Assembly: GCA_041736465.1 (NCBI GenBank)
Contig: JBGSTO010000706.1
Coordinates: 6,588-70,587 of the forward strand
Direction of reading: 5' to 3'
Length of the DNA: 64,000 nt
Source: Anaerolineales bacterium
Lineage (GTDB): Bacteria > Chloroflexota > Anaerolineae > Anaerolineales > UBA4823
Shown here: piece after piece, positions 1-8,216 of the stretch
Layout: every line of letters starts with the position of its first letter
Position numbering within the stretch: position 1 is the stretch's first letter
Translations under genes and position numbers: made by a program
The notes under the pieces: model-generated
The model's input: only the letters and a program-made list of their open reading frames with translations
The model's database searches: none
Told to the model about the DNA's origin: nothing

Positions 1-798
1 ACGCAGCACATCTTCAGTAGTGACCGCCGCCACCAGTCCGCCATCGGCAGTGGCGGCAACCGCCTCGAACCACTCATCATCCGGGTGTTGAATCTGCGCC
101 ATCAATTGCCCATCCGCGCCGCGGTACTTCCAGAGACCCCCCCGGTAAACCATAAAGACGTTGCCAGCCTGGTCGGCAGCCATACTTTTAACATACTGCT
201 CTGCCCCGATGTTCCACAGGAGATAGTAGTTGCCGGAAAGATCGAATTTCTGCACGCGCCCGTCTGAGTAATTGGCAATGAAAAGATTGCCCGCCGGGTC
301 GATGGATATGCCGCGAGGGTCGTCGAAAAGCCCCGCTCCGCTGCCTTCTTCACCAAACGAAAACTCCACCCTGGCAAAGGCAAGCGGATTGACGCGCGCC
401 CCAAGCATCTCCAACGGCCCGCCCGGGGAGAACAGTGCAAACAAGATAGGAATAATGGCGGCGCCCAGGAAGACAACCAGCACAATGAGGCTGACACAGG
501 AAATGCCGCCGGCTGTGGCAGCAGTCACGCCTGCCGCCGCTTTGACTGCCTTTCGACCGTCAATGACCACCGGGCTGGATTGATTAGTCATCGTGCGCGG
601 CGTCTGCACGCTGACCGCCCCGGATGATCCGTGGGTGGACGCAGAGCGGGGCTCCCGGTTTGCTTCAGGCGGTCTTGCACGCAGGGTTTCTGGCACGATG
701 ATCGCAGATTGGCAGTACGGGCACGGGATCACCGGGTCGGCGCTGGCGTCGAGATCCACGGGAGCGCCGCAATTTGGGCACTGGAAGGTTTGGGGCAC
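1..798 (-). CDS. Membrane-anchored NHL-repeat protein with an N-terminal zinc ribbon. Its 3' end lies outside the window.
   Basis: I translated the minus strand myself; the ORF track omits it because no stop is reached. GTG at 798-796 follows AGGAGG (811-806) with a 7-nt spacer. The product reads MPQTFQCPNCGAPVDLDASADPVIPCPYCQSAII (CxxC...CxxC), then a hydrophobic helix ISCVSLIVLVVFLGAAIIPILFALF, then NHL-like repeats (GLFDDPRGISIDPAGNLFIANYSDGRVQKFD). An alternative ATG at 591 would remove the zinc ribbon. Confidence 0.6.
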   Translation of the reverse strand, partial: MPQTFQCPNCGAPVDLDASADPVIPCPYCQSAIIVPETLRARPPEANREPRSASTHGSSGAVSVQTPRTMTNQSSPVVIDGRKAVKAAAGVTAATAGGISCVSLIVLVVFLGAAIIPILFALFSPGGPLEMLGARVNPLAFARVEFSFGEEGSGAGLFDDPRGISIDPAGNLFIANYSDGRVQKFDLSGNYYLLWNIGAEQYVKSMAADQAGNVFMVYRGGLWKYRGADGQLMAQIQHPDDEWFEAVAATADGGLVAAVTTEDVLR

Positions 799-889
799 TG
801 GGCAGCCTCCTGGCTGGAGTATGTAAAATCCCCACGAATTCTATCCGATAAAGCAATTATTGTGAATTGCTGGCGGTGCTCTTTCTCGC

Positions 890-926
890 CCAATTGCCGG
901 GCTTCCCACCAATTGTCATCTATAAT
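890..926 (+). promoter_or_regulatory. Candidate promoter for a leaderless mRNA, with paired direct repeats
   Basis: A perfect TATAAT at 921-926 lies only 7 nt before ATG 934, and there is no Shine-Dalgarno in between. Direct repeats CCAATTGCC (890-898) and CCAATTGTC (909-917) are spaced 19 bp start to start. A further inverted repeat GCAATT-N6-AATTGC is at 853-870. No recognisable -35 is present. Confidence 0.35.
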
Positions 927-933
927 ATGACTG

Positions 934-1926
934 ATGATTGAACTCACTCACCTGCAGAAAATTATCGATCAGCGCACTGCGGTTGACATCGACTCGCTCA
1001 ACGTCGCCGCCGGCGAGATCGCCGCCCTGGTTGGACCGCCAGGCAGCGGCGTGGAAGTGCTGTTTAATTTGCTCATGGGAAAAACGATGCCATCCGCCGG
1101 ATCGGTGCGAATTGCAGGCATCGATCCGGGGAGCGAACGATCCCGCTTAAGCAGATCGGTTGGGGTGATGTTCCAGGAGGATGCTCTTTTCCAGCGGTTA
1201 TCTCCCATCGACAACCTGCTGTTCGCCTGCCGGCTTTACGGGCTGCCCCGCCTGAGAGCGGCGCAGGTGCTCGAACAAATCGGACTGGCAGACCAGGAAC
1301 GCGCCAACCTGGAGAAAATGCCCGGTGGGCTGCTGCGCCGCCTGGCATTTGGACGGGCAATTGTGCACCAGCCGCCCGCGCTGCTGCTGTACGATCCTTT
1401 TGCCCGCTGCGACGAAGCCTCCATTACGCTCCTGTCAGATCAGATCCAGAAAGCCGCGGCAGAGGGTACCTGCACGCTGATCCTGGCGAACGACGAAGCG
1501 CACCTGGCGCCGGTCTGCGATAAAGTTCACACCTTGCAGCAAGGGCGAATTACCAGCATTCGCATTCCCAGGGAAGAAGGCGCATCTGCCCTGCCGTTCA
1601 AGATCCCTGTAAAGGTTGACGAGAAGGTGGTGCTGGTCAACCCGGCAGACATCCTCTTTGCCGATGCCATCGGCGGGCGATCCACGCTGCATACCAGTCA
1701 AGGCCCGCTGTTGAGCCAGTTTACCATCGGCGAGCTGGAAGAGCGCCTGGGGCGCAGCGGCTTCTTCCGCGCCCACCGCTCTTACCTGGTCAACCTGCAG
1801 CACGTGAAAGAAGTCATCCCCTACACCCGCAACAGCTTCTCGCTGCGCCTGGACGACGCCGGAGCAACCGAGATCCCGCTCAGCAAATCCGCAGCCGGCG
1901 AGCTGAGATCGCTGCTGGGCTATTGA
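934..1926 (+). CDS. Degenerate (probably non-catalytic) ABC ATPase-like domain fused to a C-terminal LytTR DNA-binding domain
   Basis: 330 aa. The N-terminal half has the ABC NBD layout but broken motifs. Walker A is GPPGSGVEV (no Lys, no Ser/Thr). The signature is MPGGLLRR instead of LSGGQ. Walker B is LLLYDPF (no catalytic Glu). The H-loop position reads ILANDEAH. The C-terminal part (KIPVKVDEKVVLVNPADILF...FFRAHRSYLVNLQHVKEV...IPLSKS) is a canonical LytTR pattern. Confidence 0.8.
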   Translation: MIELTHLQKIIDQRTAVDIDSLNVAAGEIAALVGPPGSGVEVLFNLLMGKTMPSAGSVRIAGIDPGSERSRLSRSVGVMFQEDALFQRLSPIDNLLFACRLYGLPRLRAAQVLEQIGLADQERANLEKMPGGLLRRLAFGRAIVHQPPALLLYDPFARCDEASITLLSDQIQKAAAEGTCTLILANDEAHLAPVCDKVHTLQQGRITSIRIPREEGASALPFKIPVKVDEKVVLVNPADILFADAIGGRSTLHTSQGPLLSQFTIGELEERLGRSGFFRAHRSYLVNLQHVKEVIPYTRNSFSLRLDDAGATEIPLSKSAAGELRSLLGY

Positions 1927-1970
1927 TTTTTTGACCCATTCAACCCTCCAAAATCGCCATTCACCTCAAC

Positions 1971-1994
1971 AGAGCGCCTTTCGGCGCTTTTTTG
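1971..1994 (+). terminator. Rho-independent terminator-like hairpin
   Basis: AGCGCC (1973-1978), loop TTTC, GGCGCT (1983-1988), followed by TTTTTT (1989-1994). It may only attenuate, because the next genes look functionally linked. Confidence 0.55.
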
Positions 1995-2039
1995 TTGCAC
2001 CGGTTTCCGTTATTTGGAATACTCATAGCGAGGTGTACA

Positions 2040-2798
2040 ATGAATATGGAAATTGATGTTCAAGATCTGGTTCGGACGTACCAAGGGCTGCGTGCTCTGG
2101 ATGGCATTACCTTCTCCGTAGCCCATGGCGAGATCTTTGGCTTTTTGGGGCCGAACGGCGCCGGCAAGACAACCACTATCAAGATCCTGACCGGGCAGCT
2201 GCGCCCTACATCTGGGGTTGCGCGTGTGTGTGGGTTTGACGTCGTCAGCCAGCGCCAGGCGCTGAAGCCCAGGATTGGGGTGGTCTTCGAGACCCAGAAC
2301 CTGTACGAGCGCCTATCTGCTCGGGAAAACCTGGCTTTCACTGCCCGGCTGTATGGCGCTCCGGCACGGCGTGTGGATGAGGTGCTGGAGCTGGTCGGCC
2401 TGCAGGGTCGGGAGCGTGAGCCGCTGAAAAAATACTCCAACGGCATGAAGCAGCGTTTGTTGATCGCCCGCGCTCTGGTGCACCAGCCGTCTGTCCTCTT
2501 CCTGGATGAGCCTACCCGCGGGCTGGACCCTAACGTGGCGCGTGAAATCCGCTCCTTTGTTGCCAATTTATCCCGCCAGGGGGTGACGGTATTCTTGACC
2601 ACGCATTACATGGAAGAAGCCGACCAGCTGTGCCACCGCGTGGCAATCCTGGATCACGGGCGCATCGTGGCGCTGGACGCGCCGCAGCAGTTGAAATCTG
2701 CTTTCAGCCAGGGCAGCGGCACCAGCCTGGAGGATGTATTCGTTCACCTGACCGGACACGCCCTGGAAGCAGAAACGCAGCAGGCAGGTGTGTTATGA
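2040..2798 (+). CDS. ABC transporter ATP-binding protein (ABC-2 / NatA-DrrA type)
   Basis: All motifs are intact: Walker A GPNGAGKTTT, signature YSNGMKQRL, Walker B VLFLDEPTRGLD, H-loop TTHYMEEA. I chose the start at ATG 2040 (MNMEIDVQDL) after GAGGTG. The track ORF starts earlier, at 1992. Confidence 0.9.
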   Translation: MNMEIDVQDLVRTYQGLRALDGITFSVAHGEIFGFLGPNGAGKTTTIKILTGQLRPTSGVARVCGFDVVSQRQALKPRIGVVFETQNLYERLSARENLAFTARLYGAPARRVDEVLELVGLQGREREPLKKYSNGMKQRLLIARALVHQPSVLFLDEPTRGLDPNVAREIRSFVANLSRQGVTVFLTTHYMEEADQLCHRVAILDHGRIVALDAPQQLKSAFSQGSGTSLEDVFVHLTGHALEAETQQAGVL

Positions 2799-5176
2799 AT
2801 GCGGCCCACACGAACCAACCCCAATCGATGAGCTTGCTCGACAGCCTCAGGATTGTCTGGGCGATCACCGCCAAGGACATCCTGGAGGGATTCAAGAACA
2901 AGAATTTGCTCGCCGTGCTCATTTCCGCTCTGTTCATGGTGATCTTCTACCGGTATATGGGCGTGTTCTTGCGGGAAGCAGAACCACCCAATATTCTCAT
3001 CTACGATGCCGGGGAGAGCGCCGGCGCACCATCTGCCCTGGTAGCTTTCCTGCAAAACAGCGACGCAGTGTCTGCCTACACCTACAAATCCGAAGCCGTG
3101 ATGAAGGAAACGCTGACACACGGCGACCTGCCAGAACTGGGCCTCGTCATCCCTCCAGGATTCGATCAATCGCTGCAAACCGGCGCTCCGCTGGAGCTTC
3201 AAGGATATGTGCTGCGCTGGGTGAAACCGGCGGATGCCATCACTCTGCAGCGCAGCGTAGAGGCTGAGGTTTCCAACCTGCTCGGCAAACCCGTGCCGGT
3301 TAACATCGCAGGTAATACCGTCCAGCTCAATCCCGACTCTCACGGGCTTGGCGTTCAGGCCGGCATGGCGATGGTCTTCAGCATCGTGATGATCAGCATC
3401 AGCCTGCTGGGCAACCTGATGCTGGACGAGAAACAGGCGCATACGCTGGATGCTTTGCGCGTCTCTCCGGCAAGCGCCGCTCACCTGGTGCTCTCCAAAG
3501 CGCTCACCGGCATTTTTTACTGTCTGCTGATGGCTGCGGTTGCCGCCTTTCTCAACAGGGAGCTGATCGTTCACTGGTGGCTGCTGTTCCTGGGAGTGCT
3601 TGCCGGGTCGCTGTTTACCGTCTCCCTGGGGCTGCTGCTGGGCATGTCGATTGAGAATCGCGGGCAGATGACTCTTCTCGCCTGGGTGATGATTCTGCCT
3701 CTGTTTCTGCCGCTCATATTCGTGATGATTGAAGAGCTTCTGCCCGCGTGGCTGGTAAAAGTCTCGACACTGATTCCGACGACAGGGTTGTTCAATTTGA
3801 TCCTGGCATCCTTCGCCGGCGAAATCGCCTGGCAGCCAACACTGCTGAGGATTGGCTGGAATCTGGCCTGCGCGGCTGTTGTGATGCTGGTGGTTATCTG
3901 GCAGGTGAAGCGCCAGGATGCCGGAGAGCAGGTAGATCTCGTTCCTGGGTGGCTGCGAAGATTTTTCCACACCCTGCGGCAAGAGACCCATCCGCCGGCA
4001 CACCTCCCGGAAACAGCTTCCGTAAAACCCAAATTACCGCGGGCAGCCTTAATCCCCGAACCGCAGGCAGCCAGACCGGTGCTGCAGAGCGGTCTGCCGG
4101 CAAACCTGCGCATCATCTGGGCAATCGCTGCTAAAGATATGCGCGATGCCTTCCATAACAAGCTGATCCTGTCCATCTTCCTGGCAAGCATGTTCATCCT
4201 GCTGTCCAATTCGGCGCTGCCTCTGCTGATCGAGCGCAGCAGTGATCCAACCGTAATCGTGTACGATGAAGGGCAGTCAACCATACTGCGGGCGTGGGCC
4301 ATCGGCGAAGGCTTCCGGGTGCGCACAACCGACAGCCGGGAGGAGATGGAGTCTATCCTGACCAGCTCTCCGGTTACCTACCTGGGGATGGTACTGCCCT
4401 CAGATTTTGATGCCCGCGCCGGCAGCAGCCAACCAGTCGAGCTGCAGGGCTATGCCGCTCACTGGGCAGATAAAGAAAAAATAGCCGGATGGGTGACCTT
4501 CTTTGAGGGGGAACTGAGCCAGGCATCCTGGAGCACAGTGCGGATTCAGTTAGCGGCTGAGCCGGTCTATCCTCCCTCCCAGTCTTCGGGACAGAACGCT
4601 TTGCTCACGCTCTCGGTGGTCATCGTTCTGATCACAGTTGGGCTGGCGCTGGTGCCCATCCTGCTGGTCGAGGAAAAAGAAAGTCACACCCTGGCTGCCA
4701 TGCTGGTTTCCCCTGCAAATATCTCCCTGGTGATCGCTGGAAAGGCATTGGCCGGGATGCTGTATTGTATGACGGCCGCGCTGGCAGGCATGATCTTAAA
4801 CCGGGCAGTCTTCATCCACTGGGGGGTTGTTTTCCTGGTGGCTTTGGTCTGCGCCATATTCGTCGTCGCCACCGGCTTGCTGATCGGGATGCTTGCTAAC
4901 AGCCCGACAGCGGCTGCTTCCATCGCCGGACCGCTGATCTTCTTGCTGTTGGTGCCGACCATGACCCGGGCTTTCAGACCTGAAGGCTGGCCCCGGTTGG
5001 TAAAAACCATCCTGGAGTGGCAGCCTGGCTCGCTGATGATCAACCTCTTCTCATTGCCCATGACACGCGATGTGCCGCTGAGCATCTTGTGGAGCAATGC
5101 AGCCGCTTTGCTGGCAATGGCTGGTGGGCTCTTTCTCGCCGTGTATCTGGTTGCCCGGCGCAGTATGTACCGGTAA
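2795..5176 (+). CDS. Tandem-fused (internally duplicated) ABC-2 / NatB-like permease
   Basis: ATG 2795 overlaps the upstream stop (ATGA). The two halves are homologous: SLRIVWAITAKDILEGFKNKN matches NLRIIWAIAAKDMRDAFHNK, and DEKQAHTLDALRVSPAS matches EEKESHTLAAMLVSPAN. Each half has one N-terminal TM helix, a large extracytoplasmic loop and a C-terminal TM bundle. Confidence 0.85.
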   Translation: MNAAHTNQPQSMSLLDSLRIVWAITAKDILEGFKNKNLLAVLISALFMVIFYRYMGVFLREAEPPNILIYDAGESAGAPSALVAFLQNSDAVSAYTYKSEAVMKETLTHGDLPELGLVIPPGFDQSLQTGAPLELQGYVLRWVKPADAITLQRSVEAEVSNLLGKPVPVNIAGNTVQLNPDSHGLGVQAGMAMVFSIVMISISLLGNLMLDEKQAHTLDALRVSPASAAHLVLSKALTGIFYCLLMAAVAAFLNRELIVHWWLLFLGVLAGSLFTVSLGLLLGMSIENRGQMTLLAWVMILPLFLPLIFVMIEELLPAWLVKVSTLIPTTGLFNLILASFAGEIAWQPTLLRIGWNLACAAVVMLVVIWQVKRQDAGEQVDLVPGWLRRFFHTLRQETHPPAHLPETASVKPKLPRAALIPEPQAARPVLQSGLPANLRIIWAIAAKDMRDAFHNKLILSIFLASMFILLSNSALPLLIERSSDPTVIVYDEGQSTILRAWAIGEGFRVRTTDSREEMESILTSSPVTYLGMVLPSDFDARAGSSQPVELQGYAAHWADKEKIAGWVTFFEGELSQASWSTVRIQLAAEPVYPPSQSSGQNALLTLSVVIVLITVGLALVPILLVEEKESHTLAAMLVSPANISLVIAGKALAGMLYCMTAALAGMILNRAVFIHWGVVFLVALVCAIFVVATGLLIGMLANSPTAAASIAGPLIFLLLVPTMTRAFRPEGWPRLVKTILEWQPGSLMINLFSLPMTRDVPLSILWSNAAALLAMAGGLFLAVYLVARRSMYR

Positions 5177-6774
5177 TGAACCTGTTCAGGCTTATCCTGC
5201 TTGTTCTGTTCGTCCCGAGCCTGGCGTCGTGTGGATCGACGTCGCCGGCCCAGACCGGCGAAACGGCAGGAACCAGCCCTGCGGCGGAAACCGCACCCAT
5301 GGCGCCTGCCATCCTGCCCCCTCCGCAGACTCCGGGCGAGTACCTGCCTGCCGCCTGCCGCTTCACCCTGCCGCAGGACCTGGTCGAGGGCGTGGATGTG
5401 GAATGCGGCTATCTTACAGTTCCCGAGCAGCGCAGTACCACCAGCGTGCATACCGGAAGGCTCATTCGCCTGGCGGTGGCGATCTTCCACCCACCGGGAG
5501 GCGCAGTCTACCCCGATCCGGTCATCTTCCTTACCGGCGGGCCAGGATTTAGCGCCATGGAAGCCATGTACTACCAGTTCGAGGCGCTCTCTGAAGCGCC
5601 TCACGCCGCGGGGCGCGATCTGCTGGTCTTCGACCAGCGCGGCATTGGCTTATCCCAACCTGCGCTCGATTGCCCGGGCTACGATCATTTCGCTCTGGAG
5701 AGCCTGCGCCTCCAGGCCGAAGGGCAGGCGCTCGATGATCAGCAAATGCTGGAAATTACCCTCGAGCAGCTATCCCTCTGCCGCGACGCCCTTGCAGGCA
5801 TCGCCGATCTCTCCGCTTATCACACGGCTGCCAGCGCCGCAGATGTAAACGATCTGCGCCTGGCGCTCGGGTATGAGCAAATCAACCTGTGGGGCGGATC
5901 CTACGGCAGCCGCCTTGCTCTGGAAGTCATGCGCCGATATCCGCAAACCTTGCGCAGTGTGATCCTGGATGCCATTTACCCTCCGGACGTTGACCTTTAT
6001 GTATCGGCGCCGGCAAATTTCCACCGCTCGCTCGAGCGCATGTTCGCCAGCTGCGCGGAGAACCCGGTATGCGACCAGTCTCACCCGAACCTACGCCAGG
6101 TTTTTTATGATACCGTCGCCAGGTTGAATACGCAGCCGGTTGTAAGAGAGATCTGGGAACCAAACAGCGGCGAGGAAATCCAGGTGAAGCTGGATGGAAA
6201 TACCCTGATTGGGTTAACTTTTCAACTGCTCTACGACAGTAAAATCCGCTACCTGCTGCCCAAGTACATCGCCGCCGCAAACCAGGGAGATTTCACCGCT
6301 TTCGACCGCATCCGCGAGGCAATCCTGATCCGGCAGAAATATTCCAGCCGGGGGATGATGTTTTCGGTGCAGTGCCACGAAGAGATCGCCTTCAGCAGCC
6401 TGGATGATTTCCAAAAGGAAGCGGCGAAATATCCGGAGTTGGCGAGCTTCTACCAGCAATCCATATTGGGAATGCTTACCTACCGCGTTTGCGAGAGTTG
6501 GGGCGCAGGCGCAGCAGATGAAAGCGCCAACCAGCCGGTGTACAGCGATATTCCCACATTGCTGTTCAGCGGTGAGTTCGATCCCATCACGCCGCCTTCC
6601 TGGGGGGCGCATACCGCCAGCACGCTGGAGAACGCCTACCATTACGAGTTCCCCGGCGTTGGGCATGGCGCCAGCGCCCTATCCGGCTGCCCGCGCCAGA
6701 TGATGGTGGAATTTTTAGGCAATCCAGGCAGACCGCCGGATGACGCCTGCATCGCCAGCCTTCTCGATCCCTGA
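5176..6774 (+). CDS. Lipoprotein alpha/beta hydrolase, peptidase S33 / tripeptidyl-aminopeptidase (TAP)-like
   Basis: ATG 5176 overlaps stop TAA 5174-5176. The lipobox is LVLFVPSLASCGS. The oxyanion motif is LTGGPGFS and the nucleophile elbow is GGSYGS. The C-terminal TAP-like segment reads LLFSGEFDPITP...FPGVGHGA. Confidence 0.8.
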   Translation: MNLFRLILLVLFVPSLASCGSTSPAQTGETAGTSPAAETAPMAPAILPPPQTPGEYLPAACRFTLPQDLVEGVDVECGYLTVPEQRSTTSVHTGRLIRLAVAIFHPPGGAVYPDPVIFLTGGPGFSAMEAMYYQFEALSEAPHAAGRDLLVFDQRGIGLSQPALDCPGYDHFALESLRLQAEGQALDDQQMLEITLEQLSLCRDALAGIADLSAYHTAASAADVNDLRLALGYEQINLWGGSYGSRLALEVMRRYPQTLRSVILDAIYPPDVDLYVSAPANFHRSLERMFASCAENPVCDQSHPNLRQVFYDTVARLNTQPVVREIWEPNSGEEIQVKLDGNTLIGLTFQLLYDSKIRYLLPKYIAAANQGDFTAFDRIREAILIRQKYSSRGMMFSVQCHEEIAFSSLDDFQKEAAKYPELASFYQQSILGMLTYRVCESWGAGAADESANQPVYSDIPTLLFSGEFDPITPPSWGAHTASTLENAYHYEFPGVGHGASALSGCPRQMMVEFLGNPGRPPDDACIASLLDP

Positions 6775-6786
6775 ACAAATAAAAAA

Positions 6787-6816
6787 GAGCCTGATCTGCC
6801 AGGCAAATCAGGCTCT
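6787..6816. terminator. Bidirectional hairpin terminator between convergent genes
   Basis: GAGCCTGAT (6787-6795) pairs with ATCAGGCTC (6808-6816). An A-run lies upstream and a T-containing tail downstream. It sits between the S33 hydrolase (+) and rpsA (-). Confidence 0.6.
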
Positions 6817-6838
6817 TAATGTTCAGATTGAAGGGCTG

Positions 6839-8092
6839 CTACTCGACGATTGTCTCGTCTTCGCCGCTCTTCGTCTCGTCCACTTCTTCAGCCATAAACG
6901 TTTTGTAGTCGAGATCGGCATAATGGGGTGAATCCACTTTGCGCAGGCTCAGGCCGATGCGGCGCCGTTCGGCATCAATTTTAATGACTCGCAGCGTCAG
7001 CGTATCGCCTTCTTTGACCACCTCTTTAGGGTGACCGATGCGCTGCTCGCTCAGCTCTGAGACGTGAATCAGGCCTTCCAGATCTTCGCCCAGGCTGGCA
7101 AATGCGCCGAACTTGGTCAGGTGGGTGATCTTGCCTTCGATGAGCTGGCCTTCCTTGATGTGACCGACGCGCCGCACCCAGGGATCGTCCAGAAGCTGGC
7201 GGATGGATAAACCGATGCGTTTGCGGTCACGATCCACGCTGATGACTTTTACATCGACTTCCTGGCCCACTTTGAGCACCTCGTTCGGGTGCTGAATACG
7301 ATCCCAGGAGATCTCAGAAAGATGTACCAGGCCATCAGCGCCGTCGATATTCACAAATGCGCCGAAATCAGCCACGCTGGTCACTCGCCCTTTGCGAATG
7401 TCTCCCGGGTTCAGCTCATCCAGCAAGCGGTCTTTCAACGACTCGCGCGTTTCTTGCAGGGCAGAGCGTTCGGAAAGAATCAAACGGCGGCGCTCGCGAT
7501 CCACCTCGATGATTTTCACGCTGATCTTATCACCGACCATCTTGCCCCAGCGCTGGTCTGGCGTATCTCCCGACATAGTGGCACGGCGCACCATGCTGAT
7601 TTGAGACGCAGGCACAAAACCACGCAGACGCCCGATTGGCACCAACAACCCGCCCTTGTTGAAGCCGATGATCTTGCTGTCGTACACGTCGTTCGATTCC
7701 AGCAGCGCTTCGGCTTCTTCCCAATCTCGCTCTTCGCGAGCGCGAGCATAGGACAATACTACATTGCCGTTTGCATCTTCTGGAACCAGCACGTAAACGG
7801 GAATCTCATCTCCCACGCGGAGGCTGGCGCGCTCCTCAGCGGGGATAGATTCCAGTTCACGACCGGAAATCACACCTTCCGATTTGGTTCCAACACTCAC
7901 CAGGATTTCATTCTCTCCCAGGGTGGCGACGATACCCGTACGGATTTCACCTTGTTTGGGGAAATCCAGGCCCAGTCCTTCCGCTTCCAACAGGGACTCC
8001 ATCGAAGCTGAATCTGGTTGTGGCTGTAGGACTTCTGCTTGCTCGCTTGCGGGCTGTCCCCCTTGCCCGATGATGACGTCTTTCTCTTCCAT
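6839..8092 (-). CDS. rpsA: 30S ribosomal protein S1 (four S1 domains)
   Basis: 417 aa with repeated S1 OB-fold modules (GEIRTGIV..., IIGFNKGGLLVPIGRLRGFVPASQIS, GDIRKGRVTSVADFGAFVNIDGADGLVHLSEIS, GQLIEGKITHLTKFGAFASL...GLIHVSELS). Confidence 0.9.
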   Translation of the reverse strand: MEEKDVIIGQGGQPASEQAEVLQPQPDSASMESLLEAEGLGLDFPKQGEIRTGIVATLGENEILVSVGTKSEGVISGRELESIPAEERASLRVGDEIPVYVLVPEDANGNVVLSYARAREERDWEEAEALLESNDVYDSKIIGFNKGGLLVPIGRLRGFVPASQISMVRRATMSGDTPDQRWGKMVGDKISVKIIEVDRERRRLILSERSALQETRESLKDRLLDELNPGDIRKGRVTSVADFGAFVNIDGADGLVHLSEISWDRIQHPNEVLKVGQEVDVKVISVDRDRKRIGLSIRQLLDDPWVRRVGHIKEGQLIEGKITHLTKFGAFASLGEDLEGLIHVSELSEQRIGHPKEVVKEGDTLTLRVIKIDAERRRIGLSLRKVDSPHYADLDYKTFMAEEVDETKSGEDETIVE

Positions 8093-8216
8093 AATAAAAA
8101 GCTTGCTCCAGGGGTGGATAGGATGTACATACCATTATAATTCGGAGCATTGAACTTGGCAACCTTCGCGAAAAATATCATTAGAGTGGGTTATAATGCC
8201 TGCTTGAGAGGCGATA

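Noticed and set aside
2744-4003. A 419-aa ORF on the minus strand inside the ABC-2 permease gene
   Set aside because: It is a shadow ORF of GC-rich DNA. Its composition is Arg/Gln/His/Pro-rich and low in complexity. It has no motifs. It is fully antisense to a gene with clear transporter features and internal duplication.
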